A stretch of DNA of 32,000 bases, taken from contig NC_007517.1 of assembly GCF_000012925.1 (NCBI RefSeq), positions 1,770,001-1,802,000 of the forward strand, given 5' to 3'. The notes under the pieces were generated by a model. It searched no databases, had not been told where the DNA came from, and saw nothing but the letters and a program-made list of their open reading frames with translations. Both the position numbers and the translations under genes were made by a program. The stretch comes from Geobacter metallireducens GS-15. Lineage in GTDB: Bacteria; Desulfobacterota; Desulfuromonadia; Geobacterales; Geobacteraceae. Shown here piece by piece: positions 16,410 to 27,488 of the stretch. Position 1 is the first letter of the stretch. Every line of letters starts with the position of its first letter.

Positions 16410-17027
16410 ATGGCGAGGAGCGAGCCTCGGCGAACATGTCTGGGATGTCGGGCTGAGAGGGGGAAGGACGAACTTCTTCGCTATGTCCTTGACCCCGAGG
16501 GAACGGTTGTCCCTGATCTCCTGGCAAAGTTGCCGGGGAGGGGTGCTTACACCTGCTTTTGCCGCGAGTGTGTCGAGAAGGCCGCTACCCGGAAGCAATT
16601 TGCCCGCGCCTTTAAGGGCGAGGTGCGGGGTGCAACCAGTATTGACCTCGTGAATATGGTTGTTTCGAGGCTGGAGGAACGAATTGCTTCATATCTGGCC
16701 CTTGCAAACAAGGCAGGAAAGATCGTCTCTGGCAGCGACATGGTGATGGAGGCGATGCGCAAGAAGAACAAGATCGGTCTTGCAATCATAGCCGGCGACG
16801 TTTCTGCCGAGATCGGCGATAAAATCACCGGTGTGGCTGCCCGTGAGGGGATTCCCTGTTTTCGAATCCTGGACAAGGACAGGATCGGAGGGCTTCTGGG
16901 CAAGGGATTGCGAAGCGTGGTGGCGATTGAAGCGGGAGGGTTCGTCCCCCCGTTAGTGAAAGAGTTACAGAGATACGGAAATTTCCTTGATGGGGGTGCG
17001 GTTGATGAGCAAGACCCACGTGTATGA
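16410..17027 (+). CDS. Fusion of YlxR (DUF448) and an L7Ae/YlxQ-like RNA-binding domain
   Basis: N-terminus has [22 protein letters not shown] (DUF448). C-terminus has [13 protein letters not shown]...IIAGDVS...IPCF (L7Ae fold). Overlaps the infB start. Confidence 0.85.
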   Translation: MARSEPRRTCLGCRAERGKDELLRYVLDPEGTVVPDLLAKLPGRGAYTCFCRECVEKAATRKQFARAFKGEVRGATSIDLVNMVVSRLEERIASYLALANKAGKIVSGSDMVMEAMRKKNKIGLAIIAGDVSAEIGDKITGVAAREGIPCFRILDKDRIGGLLGKGLRSVVAIEAGGFVPPLVKELQRYGNFLDGGAVDEQDPRV

Positions 17028-19659
17028 ACTTGCTAAAAAGATGGGTGTTGAGAATAAAGAGCTGATGGCCCGGCTGAAGAGCCTCGGTATCGAGGTGAAG
17101 AGCCACCTGTCGGTTCTCGAAGATGAGGACGTGCAGAAAGTCACCGCTCCGCCTACACCGCCCAAGGGAGTCCAGCAGCAGGAAGAAGTCCGGGTGACCA
17201 CCACGGTTATCAGGCGCCGCCCTAAAGCTGTCGCCCAACCACCCGAGGAAGTTGCACCGGCGGCTGTGGAGTCTGCCGTCATTGAAGAGGCGCCTGCGCC
17301 CCGAGTGGAGGCCGTTCCCGAAGAACCGAAGGCGTCGCCGGCATTTGCGGAAACTGTTCCCGCAGTCGAAGAGCCTAAGGGCGTGGAGCCCAAGATTGGG
17401 GTGCCAAAGGTAGAAACACCCGTAGCATCAGAATCCAAGGCCGAAGAGCCCAGGGTGACTGCTCCGCCGGCACAACCGAAGCCTGTTGCGGCAGAGGAAG
17501 AGAAGCCGACCATGAATCGCGCCCGAATACTTGGTCGCGTGGAGCTTCCGGGCCTCACGACCGCTTCGAAGCCTGTACCCAAACCGGCGGAAAGGCGGGA
17601 AGTGGTCATTCCCCCCAAGAGGAAGATGGAAGAGCGTGCAGTAACACCGCAACCAGCTGCTCCCGTGGCGGATGACCGCAAGAAGAAGGCCAAGACGTTC
17701 ACCGAGCCTGAGACGCCGGCTGGCGGCGCACCGGGTGCCAAGAAAGGCGCCCCTGGCGGAAAGAAGAAGGAAGCTTTCAAAAAAGCCGAACTCCTTGAAA
17801 AGCGGGAGAGGATTTTCGAGCCCGGCCCGAAAACCGGCAAGGGAAGACGGCGCGAGCGGGAATCGGTTACCTTTGGAAAGAAGACAGAGATTACTGTTCC
17901 CAAGGCTATCAAGCGGATTATCAAGATCTCCGAGTCGATCACTGTAGGAGAGCTTGCCAAAAGGATGGGGGTCAAGGCTACTGACCTCATCCGCGTACTC
18001 ATGAAGATGGGGATGATGGCCACCATCAATCACCCCCTCGACGTGGATACCGCCACCCTCATTGCCGCCGAGTTCAGTTATGAAATCGAGAACGTGGCTA
18101 TTGATACGGACGAGATGCTCGAATCGGCGCCCGATACCCCGGAGAGTCTCAAAAAGCGTCCGCCGGTCGTTACCATCATGGGCCACGTCGACCACGGAAA
18201 GACTTCACTTCTCGATGCAATCCGCGAAGCCAATGTCATTGCTGGCGAGGCCGGGGGGATCACCCAGCATATCGGAGCCTATGACGTTGAACTCAACGGT
18301 CGCAAGATAACCTTCCTTGATACACCTGGTCACGAGGCATTCACCGCCATGCGTGCCCGCGGTGCCAAGGTGACCGACATCGTCATCCTCGTGGTCGCGG
18401 CAGACGACGGCGTCATGCCCCAGACCCGTGAAGCCATCAACCACTCCAAGGCTGCCGGTGTGCCGATCATCATCGCCATCAACAAGATTGACAAACCCGA
18501 AGCGAAGCCCGAGCGTGTCAAGCAGGAACTCATGGAGTTCGGTCTCGTCTCGGAAGAGTGGGGCGGTGAAACAATTTTCGTGGAAGTTTCCGCCAAGAAG
18601 AGGATCAATCTTCCCGAATTGCTGGAAATGGTCCTGCTTCAGGCCGACGTTATGGATCTGAAGGCGAATCCCGACAAGGAAGCCCGCGGCACCATCGTCG
18701 AGGCCAAGCTGGACCGGGGCCGTGGGCCGGTTGCCACGGTACTGGTCCAGGAAGGTACCCTCAAGGTGGGCGACTACTTTGTGGCCGGCGTCCACTCCGG
18801 CCGGGTTCGCGCCATGCAGAACGATCGGGGTGACAAGGTCCTTGCAGCCGGTCCCTCCATGCCCGTTGAAGTCATCGGATTCACGGGCGTCCCTGATGCC
18901 GGCGATGTCTTTATCAGCCTCTCCGACGAGAAGAAAGCCAAGGAGATTGCCTCCCATCGTCAGCAGAAACTGCGCGAAACCGAGCTTGCCAAGCACAGCA
19001 AGATGTCCCTTGAGCAACTCTATGACAAGATTCAGAAGGGCGAGGTCAAGGACCTCAACGCCATCGTCAAGGCCGACGTCCAGGGATCGGTGGAGGCCGT
19101 ATCGGACTCGCTGCGCAAACTATCTACCGATGCGGTGCGTCTCAACGTCATCCATTCGTCGGTCGGCGCCATCACCGAAACTGACGTGAACCTCGCCTCC
19201 GCTTCCAACGCCATCATCCTCGGCTTCAACGTTCGTCCTGAGCCGAAGGCATCGGCGATGGCCGAAAAAGAGGGCGTCGACGTCCGTCTCTACAACATCA
19301 TCTATGATGCGGTGGAAGATATCAAAAAAGCCATGGAAGGTCTGCTGGAGCCGACTCTCCGTGAGAAGTATCTTGGCCGGGCCGAGATCAGGGAAGTATT
19401 CTCTGTTCCCAAAGTCGGGAATGTTGGCGGTTGCTATATACAGGACGGCAAAGTGTTGCGTAACGCATCGGTTCGGCTGCTGCGCGACAATGTGGTTGTC
19501 TACGAAGGGAAAATGTCGTCACTTCGTCGCTTCAAGGATGATGTGAAAGAGGTGGCAACCGGGTATGAGTGCGGTATCGGCCTGGAAAATTATAACGATA
19601 TCAAGGTGGGAGATATTATAGAAGCCTTTGAAATCGAGAAGATTGCGACAAAGCTGTAA
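17005..19659 (+). CDS. infB: Translation initiation factor IF-2
   Basis: [17 protein letters not shown] and NKID G-domain motifs, with a Pro/Ala/Glu-rich N-terminal linker. I used ATG 17005 ([12 protein letters not shown]) with GGGGG upstream; the track start is TTG 16987. Confidence 0.95.
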   Translation: MSKTHVYELAKKMGVENKELMARLKSLGIEVKSHLSVLEDEDVQKVTAPPTPPKGVQQQEEVRVTTTVIRRRPKAVAQPPEEVAPAAVESAVIEEAPAPRVEAVPEEPKASPAFAETVPAVEEPKGVEPKIGVPKVETPVASESKAEEPRVTAPPAQPKPVAAEEEKPTMNRARILGRVELPGLTTASKPVPKPAERREVVIPPKRKMEERAVTPQPAAPVADDRKKKAKTFTEPETPAGGAPGAKKGAPGGKKKEAFKKAELLEKRERIFEPGPKTGKGRRRERESVTFGKKTEITVPKAIKRIIKISESITVGELAKRMGVKATDLIRVLMKMGMMATINHPLDVDTATLIAAEFSYEIENVAIDTDEMLESAPDTPESLKKRPPVVTIMGHVDHGKTSLLDAIREANVIAGEAGGITQHIGAYDVELNGRKITFLDTPGHEAFTAMRARGAKVTDIVILVVAADDGVMPQTREAINHSKAAGVPIIIAINKIDKPEAKPERVKQELMEFGLVSEEWGGETIFVEVSAKKRINLPELLEMVLLQADVMDLKANPDKEARGTIVEAKLDRGRGPVATVLVQEGTLKVGDYFVAGVHSGRVRAMQNDRGDKVLAAGPSMPVEVIGFTGVPDAGDVFISLSDEKKAKEIASHRQQKLRETELAKHSKMSLEQLYDKIQKGEVKDLNAIVKADVQGSVEAVSDSLRKLSTDAVRLNVIHSSVGAITETDVNLASASNAIILGFNVRPEPKASAMAEKEGVDVRLYNIIYDAVEDIKKAMEGLLEPTLREKYLGRAEIREVFSVPKVGNVGGCYIQDGKVLRNASVRLLRDNVVVYEGKMSSLRRFKDDVKEVATGYECGIGLENYNDIKVGDIIEAFEIEKIATKL

Positions 19660-19667
19660 GGGATTCC

Positions 19668-20024
19668 ATGTACAAGCGATCCGATAAAGTTGCTGAAGCT
19701 ATTCACGAATTGGTGTCCGGGCTCCTTGTCAAGGGGCTCAAAGATCCACGCATCGGGTTCGTGACCATAACGGGCGTCAAGGTTTCTGACGATATCCGCC
19801 ATGCGACTATCTACTATACGGTTATGGGGAGCGACGAAGCGAAGAAGTCAACCTTGCACGGGCTGAACAGTTCCGTAGGATTCATCCGCAAGGAAGTCAG
19901 CAAGGAACTGCGGCTTCGGTTCGCGCCGGAACTCATCTTCAAGTATGATGAGTCGATTGAGTACGGAAACCGCATTGACCAGCTTCTCAAGGAAATCGGC
20001 AGCGAGGAAGGTGGCAATGATTGA
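19668..20024 (+). CDS. rbfA: Ribosome-binding factor A
   Basis: KRSDKVAEAIHELVS...DPRIGFVTITGVKVSDD...ATIYY are typical RbfA motifs. Confidence 0.93.
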   Translation: MYKRSDKVAEAIHELVSGLLVKGLKDPRIGFVTITGVKVSDDIRHATIYYTVMGSDEAKKSTLHGLNSSVGFIRKEVSKELRLRFAPELIFKYDESIEYGNRIDQLLKEIGSEEGGND

Positions 20025-20967
20025 GGGTATCATCGAGGAGATCCGCACTAACGGAAGCTTCCTGATCACTACCCATGAGAATCCCGACGGCGATGCCGTC
20101 GGGTCGTCGCTGGCCCTTGCTGGATATCTCCGACGTTTGGGCAAGGATGTGACGATCCATTTCTGTGATCCTGTCCCCGATCTCTACGCTTTTTTGCCAC
20201 TGGCGGAAGAGGTGACACGGACCGTTCCTGATCGTGACTACGACATCTGTTTTGTCCTCGATGTGGGCGAGTTCCGTCGGGCTGGCAAACAGATTGCTGA
20301 GTGCAAGCGGATCAAGAAATTCATAAACATCGACCATCATTTAACATCTGATAACTTTGGCTTCATAAACTATATCGATCCCAAAGCGGCGGCAACGGGT
20401 ATTCTCGTACATCGCATCATCACGGGGGCAGGGGACGTCGTAGGGTATGAAACGGCTCTCTGTCTCTACACCGCCATCATTACCGATACCGGTTCCTTTC
20501 GCTATTCCAACGCGAATCCCGAGGCCTTTGCTATTGCGGGTGAGTTGGTTTCCACGGGGATCAACACGTGGAGCATTGCCGAGAAACTCTATGAGAGTCA
20601 ACCCCGCGAACGGCTTGAGCTTCTTGCCCTTGCCCTCTCTACCCTGACAATCTCTCCCCGCGGCGAATATGCCTCTATCACCGTTACTCTCGACATGTAC
20701 AACAAGACGGGGGCTTCCGCTGAACTGACTGACGGCTTTGTTAATTATCCCCGCTCCATCCGCGGGGTGGAAGTTTCGGTCTTTTTCCGCGAGATCAATC
20801 CCGGCCTTTTCAAAGTCGGGTTTCGTTCCAAGGGGAAGATCGACGTGTCCCGTATCGCGGCGGCCTTTGGCGGCGGCGGGCATCACAATGCCGCAGGAGC
20901 TACGATGAATGGTTCCCTTGAAGGGATAAAGGCAACGTTGTTCTCCCACCTGGAGAGTACCCTCTGA
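20017..20967 (+). CDS. DHH/DHHA1 phosphoesterase, NrnA-like nanoRNase/pAp phosphatase
   Basis: Contains [26 protein letters not shown] and [13 protein letters not shown] 20017 overlaps the rbfA stop (ATGATTGA). Confidence 0.85.
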
Positions 20968-20971
20968 TCTG

Positions 20972-21886
20972 ATGGACGGTTTCATTGTTATCGACAAGCC
21001 GGCCGGCTTGACTTCCCACGACATCATTGCGCGCGTCAGACGGATTCTCGGCCAGAAGAAGGCGGGCCATACGGGAACCCTTGATCCCTTTGCCACCGGA
21101 GTTTTGCCGGTTGCAATGGGAGAGGGGACCAAGGCGATACCGTTTCTTGATGAGGCTGTGAAAGAGTACCGTGCAACCATGGTGCTCGGTGCTGCCACCG
21201 ATACCCAGGACTGTACCGGCAGGGTCGAGAAAGAAGGGGACTGGACTCGATTGTCCGTTGAGGCGGTCAGGGAAGTTTTCGGTGCATATATCGGAAAGTG
21301 CAAGCAGATCCCTCCCATGTACTCTGCGGTCAAGCAAGGGGGGGTTCCCCTCTACCGACTAGCGCGAAAAGGGCATGAGGTGGAACGAGAACCCCGGGAT
21401 ATCGAGATCCATTCCCTCATAATCGATCGTATGGAGCTGCCGCGAATTGAGTTTACGGTTTCCTGCTCCCGGGGCACCTATGTGAGAACGCTGGCACACG
21501 ACATGGGGGAGCGCCTCGGTTGCGGCGCCCATCTTTCTGCGCTGCGCAGAACGCGGAGCGGCCCGTTTGACCTTTCCCGGGCCGTGACCCTTGACGAACT
21601 GGCAAGCATCAAGGAACAAGGCGCTGTTGATTCGCTTCTGCTGGCTCCCAACGAGGTGCTTGGTCATTTTCCCGAGATCGAGCTCTCAGACGAGGAAGTC
21701 CGCAAGGTTTACTGCGGAGTCCCTCCCCGTTGCCATGGCAGATGCGAAGAATCTTCAGCGTCGCAAAATGACGGTAAGAAGGTGCGTCTCGTTCAGAATG
21801 GCAAGCTTCTCGCTGTGGCTGAAATCGGTCAGGCTGAATCGGGTAACGGGAACAAAAGCCTAAGGCTTATAAGGGTTTTTAACTAG
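20972..21886 (+). CDS. truB: tRNA pseudouridine-55 synthase
   Basis: [16 protein letters not shown] catalytic-Asp motif and a PUA-like C-terminus. Confidence 0.93.
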
Positions 21887-21893
21887 GTTTGGC

Positions 21894-21922
21894 TTTACAG
21901 GGGCGGTTCATTGTGGTATTAG
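21894..21922 (+). promoter_or_regulatory. Candidate rpsO promoter (TTTACA-N17-TGgTATTAG)
   Basis: Hexamers at 21894-21899 and 21917-21922, with a TG extended -10. Confidence 0.5.
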
Positions 21923-22000
21923 TGTCCCTTGAGTTTTTTTGAAGCACATCACAAACGATCACAGATCGGAACACATGAAGATGAAAGGGGGTGTACGGGA

Positions 22001-22267
22001 GTGCTGGTAACGGACAAGAAGCAAGAGATCATCACATCGTTCAAGCGTCACGACAGCGATACGGGGTCTCCGGAGGTTCAGATCGCGATTCTCACCGAGC
22101 GGATCATCTATCTGACGGAGCACTTCAAGGTTCACAAAAAGGACCACCACAGCCGGCGCGGTCTTCTGAAGATCGTCGGCCAGAGAAGGAGACTCCTCGA
22201 CTACCTCAAGAAGAAGGATGTCGAGAGGTATCGGGCAATCATCGAGAAACTCGGTATACGTCGATAA
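22001..22267 (+). CDS. rpsO: 30S ribosomal protein S15
   Basis: GTG 22001 preceded by AAGGGGG gives an 88-aa product. Contains [34 protein letters not shown]. The track start at 21929 is an over-extension. Confidence 0.93.
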   Translation: MLVTDKKQEIITSFKRHDSDTGSPEVQIAILTERIIYLTEHFKVHKKDHHSRRGLLKIVGQRRRLLDYLKKKDVERYRAIIEKLGIRR

Positions 22268-22271
22268 GAAG

Positions 22272-22314
22272 AGGCAGTATACTCCGTCGAGGGGTATATT
22301 GCCTTTCCTTTTTC
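22272..22314 (+). terminator. Intrinsic terminator/attenuator after rpsO
   Basis: Stem AGGCAGTATAC / GTATATTGCCT followed by TTCCTTTTTC. Confidence 0.75.
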
Positions 22315-22380
22315 TAGTAATTTCATGGGGGTTGAGGAGTTGGACGACTCTCGTGGAGATGAATTTTTATCAGTAAGTAC

Positions 22381-22405
22381 ATGGGCTTAGCGGCCCATTT
22401 ATTTT
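22381..22405 (+). terminator. Second short terminator-like hairpin in the rpsO-pnp spacer
   Basis: ATGGGC-ttagcg-GCCCAT followed by TTATTTT. The stem is only 6 bp. Confidence 0.35.
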
Positions 22406-22410
22406 GTCAG

Positions 22411-22476
22411 GGTGTTGGGGGCGTGGATCGAGCAACCAAGGATGCTTGGTTTTTCTATCGACGGCCCCAACGCACC
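22411..22476 (+). promoter_or_regulatory. Long imperfect stem-loop in the pnp 5' leader (candidate RNase III / autoregulation hairpin)
   Basis: GGTGTTGGGGGCGTGGATCGAG...AACCAAG-gatg-CTTGGTT...CTATCGACGGCCCCAACGCACC. It ends 11 nt before the AAGGAGG Shine-Dalgarno of pnp. Confidence 0.5.
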
Positions 22477-22502
22477 ACGAATAGGCTAAGGAGGCCACAA
22501 TT

Positions 22503-24596
22503 ATGAATGAACAGAAGGTAAACGTAGATTTTGGCGGCAGAACGATAACCATAGCTACCGGCAAAATGGCCAAACAGGCGAGCGGTGCGGTAATGGTAAG
22601 TTGCGGTGAGACCATGGTGCTCGTCACCGCCGTGGCGCTCAAATCCGCCAAGGAGGGACAGGACTTCTTTCCCTTGACGGTCAACTACCAGGAAAAGGCC
22701 TATGCCGGCGGCAAGATTCCCGGCGGCTTCTTCAAACGGGAAGGGCGCCCCACGGAGAATGAGACCCTTACCTGCCGCTTCATCGATCGGCCGATTCGTC
22801 CTCTTTTCCCTGAGAACTTTCTCAACGATACCCAGATCATGGCCACCGTCGTTTCCGCGGATCAGGACAATGACCCGGGAATTCTTGCCATGATCGGCGC
22901 CTCGGCGGCCCTTGAAGTATCTGATATTCCCTTTTTCGGTCCCATCGCCGGCGTAAAGGTTGGCCGGGTTGACGGGAAGTTCATTTGCAACCCCACTGCC
23001 GAGCAACTGGCTGCCAGTGACTTGGAAGTAGTTGTTGCAGCAAGCCGCGATGCGGTCATTATGGTTGAGGGTGGTGCTGCGGAGATTTCAGAAGCCGACC
23101 TCCTTGAGGCGATTTTCTTCGGCCATGCCTCGGTGCAGCCGATCATCGACGCCCAGATCGAACTGCGCAAGCAGGCTGGCGTACCCAAGCGGGAAATTGC
23201 TCCCCCCGCCGTCGATGAGGCTCTTGGTGCAAAGGTCAAAGAGCTTGCGTATGCCCAGATGAAAGATGCCGTCCGGATTCGCTCGAAGCAGGAGCGCCAC
23301 AATCGTATCAGTGCCATTGCCGATGAAACGGTGGCTGCCCTTGAAGCTGATTTTTCCGGACGCGGCGCCGAGATTAAAGATTTCCTCGATGGTTTCGAGT
23401 ATGAGCTTGTACGTGAGCACATCCTCAAAGACGGTGAGAGGATTGACGGCCGCGATACCAAAACGATCAGGCCCATCACTTCCGAGGTCGGTATTCTCCC
23501 TCGCGTCCACGGCTCAGCTCTTTTCACCCGTGGCGAGACCCAGGCCCTTGTTGCCGCCACTCTCGGTACTTCCAGCGACGAACAGCGGATCGACTCACTC
23601 TACGGGGAGAGCAGAAAGAGGTTCATGCTCCACTATAACTTCCCTCCCTTCTCTGTGGGGGAGACGAGCTTCCGTCTTGCGCCGGGCCGTCGTGAGATCG
23701 GCCACGGTTACCTGGCTGAGCGCGCTCTTGAGCGGGTTCTGCCCAAGCACGATGATTTCCCGTACACCATCCGCATCGTGTCGGACATTCTGGAAAGCAA
23801 CGGTTCCTCCTCTATGGCTTCGGTCTGCGGCGGCGCCCTCTCCATGATGGATGCCGGCGTCCCCATTTCCGCTCCGGTTGCAGGCATTGCCATGGGGCTC
23901 ATCAAGGAAGGGGACGACATTGCCATCCTTTCCGACATCCTTGGTGATGAAGACCACCTTGGCGACATGGACTTCAAGGTCGCCGGCACCTCGACAGGGG
24001 TGACCGCAATCCAGATGGACATTAAGATTACCGGCGTGACCCGTGAGATCATGGGCAAAGCCCTTGAGCAGGCAAAAGAAGGGCGGCTCCATATCCTCGG
24101 TAAAATGGCCGAAGCCCTGGCTGCTCCGCGTACCGATCTGTCACCCTATGCCCCGCGTATCACGACTATCTGGGTCAAGACCGACAAGATCCGTGACGTA
24201 ATCGGCGCCGGTGGCAAGAACGTCAGGGGGATCACTGAGGCTACCGGCGTTTCCATCGATATCGAGGATACCGGCAAGATCAATATCGCCAGCACCAACA
24301 AAGAGGCCTGCGACAAGGCGATCAAGATGATCCGCGACCTTACGGCGGAAGCTGAAGAGGGCAAGCTTTACATGGGTACGGTCCGCAAGGTCATGGACTT
24401 TGGCGCTTTTGTCGAAATCTTCCCGGGTACCGATGGCCTTGTTCATATCTCCGAACTCGATACCGAGCGGGTGAAGGACGTTACCGACATCCTCAAGGAA
24501 GGGGACAAGGTGCTCGTGAAGTGCATCGGCATTGATAAGCAAGGAAAGATAAAACTGTCCCGTAAAGAAGCTCTGGGTGCAGTACTGCCCGAGTAG
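22503..24596 (+). CDS. pnp: Polyribonucleotide nucleotidyltransferase (PNPase)
   Basis: 697 aa with two RNase PH domains, KH and S1 ([15 protein letters not shown]). Classic rpsO-pnp synteny. Confidence 0.97.
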
Positions 24597-24650
24597 TGTC
24601 CGGCGGGAATCCTGCTGGTAAACTCACCGGTCCGCGGTATAGTTTTATTC

Positions 24651-25907
24651 ATGGTCAGTAAAACAATCCTCGATAATGGCGTGCGGGTCATATCCGAGTA
24701 TATGCCCCACGCCCACTCGGTATCCATCGGGATATGGGTCGCCAATGGCTCCCGTCATGAACGGCGGGAGCACAATGGCGTCGCCCATTTCATCGAGCAT
24801 CTCCTCTTCAAGGGGACTGTGCGCCGAAGTGCACTTGACATTGCCCGCGAGATTGATTCTGTAGGGGGAGTGCTCAACGCATTCACCAGCCGTGAGTACG
24901 TCTGCTACTACGCCAAGGTCCTCGATAAAAATCTTCCACAAGCCGTAGACCTCCTTACTGACATCTTCCTTAATTCGACTTTTGACCCGGAAGAGATTGA
25001 GAAGGAGCGGAAGGTGGTCCTCCAGGAAATCAGCATGCTGGAGGATTCTCCGGACGACTATGTTCACGACCTCTTTCATCGCAGTTTCTGGAGAGGGCAC
25101 CCCCTCGGCATGTCGATCCTTGGAAGTGCTGAGAGCGTCAGTAATCTTTCCCGTGATGCTATCGTTGCACACCGGGATGCGATGTACCGTTCCGAGGACA
25201 TCATTGTGGCGGTGGCGGGCAACGTGCGCCACGATGAGCTTCTGAAACTCATAAGCGGCTCTTTTGACAGTGTTCCAGAGGGGACCGGACGCAACTGCTG
25301 CCATCTGCCCGTTTATGACCAGAAGCTGGAGATAGTCGAGAAGGATCTGGAGCAACTTCATATCTGTCTTGGGACCAAGTCTCTGCCCCATAATCATCCC
25401 CGACGGTTTGAAGCATATCTCATGAACACCATTCTCGGTGGCAGCATGAGCTCACGCCTTTTTCAGGAGATTCGAGAGCATCTCGGCCTTGCTTACACGG
25501 TCTATTCCTATGTTGTTTCACACACCGATGCAGGGTCACTCGTGGTCTATGCCGGAACGAGCCCTGAAAAGCTCAGTGATGTTCTTGAGATAACCTGTTC
25601 CGAGCTAAGACGGCTGAAGTTTGAACCTGTTCCCGCCACTGAGCTTGAGGCGGCCCGGGAACAACTCAAGGGAAACATTCTTCTCTCGCTTGAGAGTTCA
25701 GACAACCGGATGACCAAGCTTGCAAAGAATGAAATATATTTTGGCCGTTACCTTTCCCTTGCCGAGCTGACTGGAGGCTTTGACAGCGCTACGGCAGACG
25801 GCATTGCTGAACTGGCCAACGATTTCTTCTCGGGCGATTATGTCACCCTTGCCCTTACGGGGAAGATATCAGGACAGATTCCGGACCTCTCGCATCTCGT
25901 ACTATAG
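24651..25907 (+). CDS. M16-family zinc peptidase (pitrilysin/processing-peptidase-like)
   Basis: HFIEHLLFKG inverted zinc motif (HxxEH). 418 aa. Confidence 0.88.
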   Translation: MVSKTILDNGVRVISEYMPHAHSVSIGIWVANGSRHERREHNGVAHFIEHLLFKGTVRRSALDIAREIDSVGGVLNAFTSREYVCYYAKVLDKNLPQAVDLLTDIFLNSTFDPEEIEKERKVVLQEISMLEDSPDDYVHDLFHRSFWRGHPLGMSILGSAESVSNLSRDAIVAHRDAMYRSEDIIVAVAGNVRHDELLKLISGSFDSVPEGTGRNCCHLPVYDQKLEIVEKDLEQLHICLGTKSLPHNHPRRFEAYLMNTILGGSMSSRLFQEIREHLGLAYTVYSYVVSHTDAGSLVVYAGTSPEKLSDVLEITCSELRRLKFEPVPATELEAAREQLKGNILLSLESSDNRMTKLAKNEIYFGRYLSLAELTGGFDSATADGIAELANDFFSGDYVTLALTGKISGQIPDLSHLVL

Positions 25908-25914
25908 GTGACTG

Positions 25915-26361
25915 ATGGAACGCTGCGTAGTCAAGGTTCGACGGGTGCGTGGGGGGGACCAGAATCTCCCCTGCTACATGACAGTCCACGCAGCAGGCAT
26001 GGATCTCTGTGCCGATCTCGTGGACGACCTTGTCCTGAATCCAGGTGAGCGAAAGTTGGTACCGACGGGACTTGCTATTGCTCTCCCCGACGGATTCGAG
26101 GCCCAGATAAGGCCCCGGAGTGGTCTCGCTCTCAAGCATGGCATCGCCCTTGTGAATTCGCCCGGCACCATTGATCCGGATTACCGTGGCGAAATAGGGG
26201 TGATCCTGATCAATCACGGCAGTGAACCGTTTGTTGTGAGGCGGGGAGAGCGTATTGCCCAGATGGTTTTTGCCCCCTTTGCCCGTGCTGAACTGGTTGA
26301 GGTGGATGAACTCGACGAGACAGCGCGGGGCGAGGGAGGATTTGGCCATACCGGCCGATGA
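25915..26361 (+). CDS. dut: dUTP diphosphatase
   Basis: Contains [27 protein letters not shown] and [10 protein letters not shown]. Confidence 0.92.
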   Translation: MERCVVKVRRVRGGDQNLPCYMTVHAAGMDLCADLVDDLVLNPGERKLVPTGLAIALPDGFEAQIRPRSGLALKHGIALVNSPGTIDPDYRGEIGVILINHGSEPFVVRRGERIAQMVFAPFARAELVEVDELDETARGEGGFGHTGR

Positions 26362-26376
26362 AAGGAACTGAGTCCA

Positions 26377-27483
26377 ATGTTCGATCCGCGCGTCCGTCAA
26401 CTTGCCGAAGTGCTCGTTACTTACTCGACCCGGGTAAAAAAGGGGGACGTGGTCCTCATCAATGCCAGCGGCACCGATTGCCTTCCCCTGGTGAAGGAGC
26501 TTTATTCCCTCTGTCTGGCCCGGGGGGCAAAGTATGTTGAGTATTCTTTCCATATCCCCGAGATAGACCGCCATTTCTACAACACTGCCACTAAGTCGCA
26601 GCTCTCCTTCTTTCCCCAGCACAAGCTGGATTTCATGAAGCAGGTCAACGTCTTTATTTCCATCTCCGGCTCCCCTAATTCCATGGTTATGGCTCAGGCT
26701 AACCAGAAAAACATGATTGCCTGGTCGAAGGTGACCCGCCCCATCGTTGACTGGCGAGTCAAAAATACCCGCTGGGTAATTACCCGTTATCCTACGCATG
26801 GGGCTGCCCAGGAAGCGAAGATGAGTCTTGAAGAGTATGAAGAATATCTTTTCGCCGCCTGCTGCATCGATTGGGAGGCTGAATCGCGCAAACAGGAGAA
26901 GTTGAAGCGCCTCATGGACAAGGCCGACACGGTACGGATCAAAGCGTCTGACACGGATCTCTCGTTCAGCATCAGAGGGCTTGACGGCATAAAGTGTGAC
27001 GGGCGTTTCAATATCCCTGACGGAGAAGTTTTTACCGCACCTGTCCGGGATTCTGTCGAAGGACACATCACATACAACTGCCCGACTATCTACCAAGGTA
27101 AGGAATTCAACGGCGTCCGTCTCGAATTTGCGAAGGGGCGGATTGTGAAGGCCTCGGCGCCCGGCATGGACGATGAGCTTAACCGTATCCTCGATACCGA
27201 TGAGGGCGCACGCTTTATCGGAGAATTTGCCATTGGTGTCAATCCGAACATCCGCGTGCCAATGAGGAATATCCTCTTTGACGAGAAGATCTTCGGCTCC
27301 ATACATTTTACTCCGGGGCAATGTTATGACGAGTGCGACAATGGCAACCGTTCGGCTGTCCACTGGGACATGGTGAAGCTCCTCAAGGGTGACGGGGAAA
27401 TCTGGTTTGACAATCACCTTATCCAGAAGGATGGCCTCTTTGTGCACAAAGACCTCGTTTCCCTTAATCCGGCGCGAGAGTAG
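26377..27483 (+). CDS. M29-family aminopeptidase (AmpS/PepS/aminopeptidase T-like)
   Basis: 368 aa. Family call from overall similarity (NIPDGEVFTAP, GEFAIG.NP, HWDMV). Confidence 0.8.
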   Translation: MFDPRVRQLAEVLVTYSTRVKKGDVVLINASGTDCLPLVKELYSLCLARGAKYVEYSFHIPEIDRHFYNTATKSQLSFFPQHKLDFMKQVNVFISISGSPNSMVMAQANQKNMIAWSKVTRPIVDWRVKNTRWVITRYPTHGAAQEAKMSLEEYEEYLFAACCIDWEAESRKQEKLKRLMDKADTVRIKASDTDLSFSIRGLDGIKCDGRFNIPDGEVFTAPVRDSVEGHITYNCPTIYQGKEFNGVRLEFAKGRIVKASAPGMDDELNRILDTDEGARFIGEFAIGVNPNIRVPMRNILFDEKIFGSIHFTPGQCYDECDNGNRSAVHWDMVKLLKGDGEIWFDNHLIQKDGLFVHKDLVSLNPARE

Positions 27484-27488
27484 CTCCC

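Noticed and set aside
16965-18195. Minus-strand ORFs of 354 aa and 255 aa opposite the infB N-terminal region
   Set aside because: They mirror the Pro/Ala/Glu-rich linker of IF-2 and are low-complexity Ser/Gly/Ala/Thr strings without motifs.
20341-21337. 330-aa and 145-aa minus-strand ORFs opposite the nrnA-like gene and truB
   Set aside because: Antisense to two well-supported genes, with no motifs and no plausible ribosome-binding site.
25855-27447. 530-aa ORF on the minus strand opposite dut and the M29 aminopeptidase
   Set aside because: It lies fully antisense to two genes with clear family motifs. Its sequence has no recognisable motifs and shows the Arg/Gly/Pro/His-rich, stop-poor character of a shadow frame in GC-rich coding DNA.
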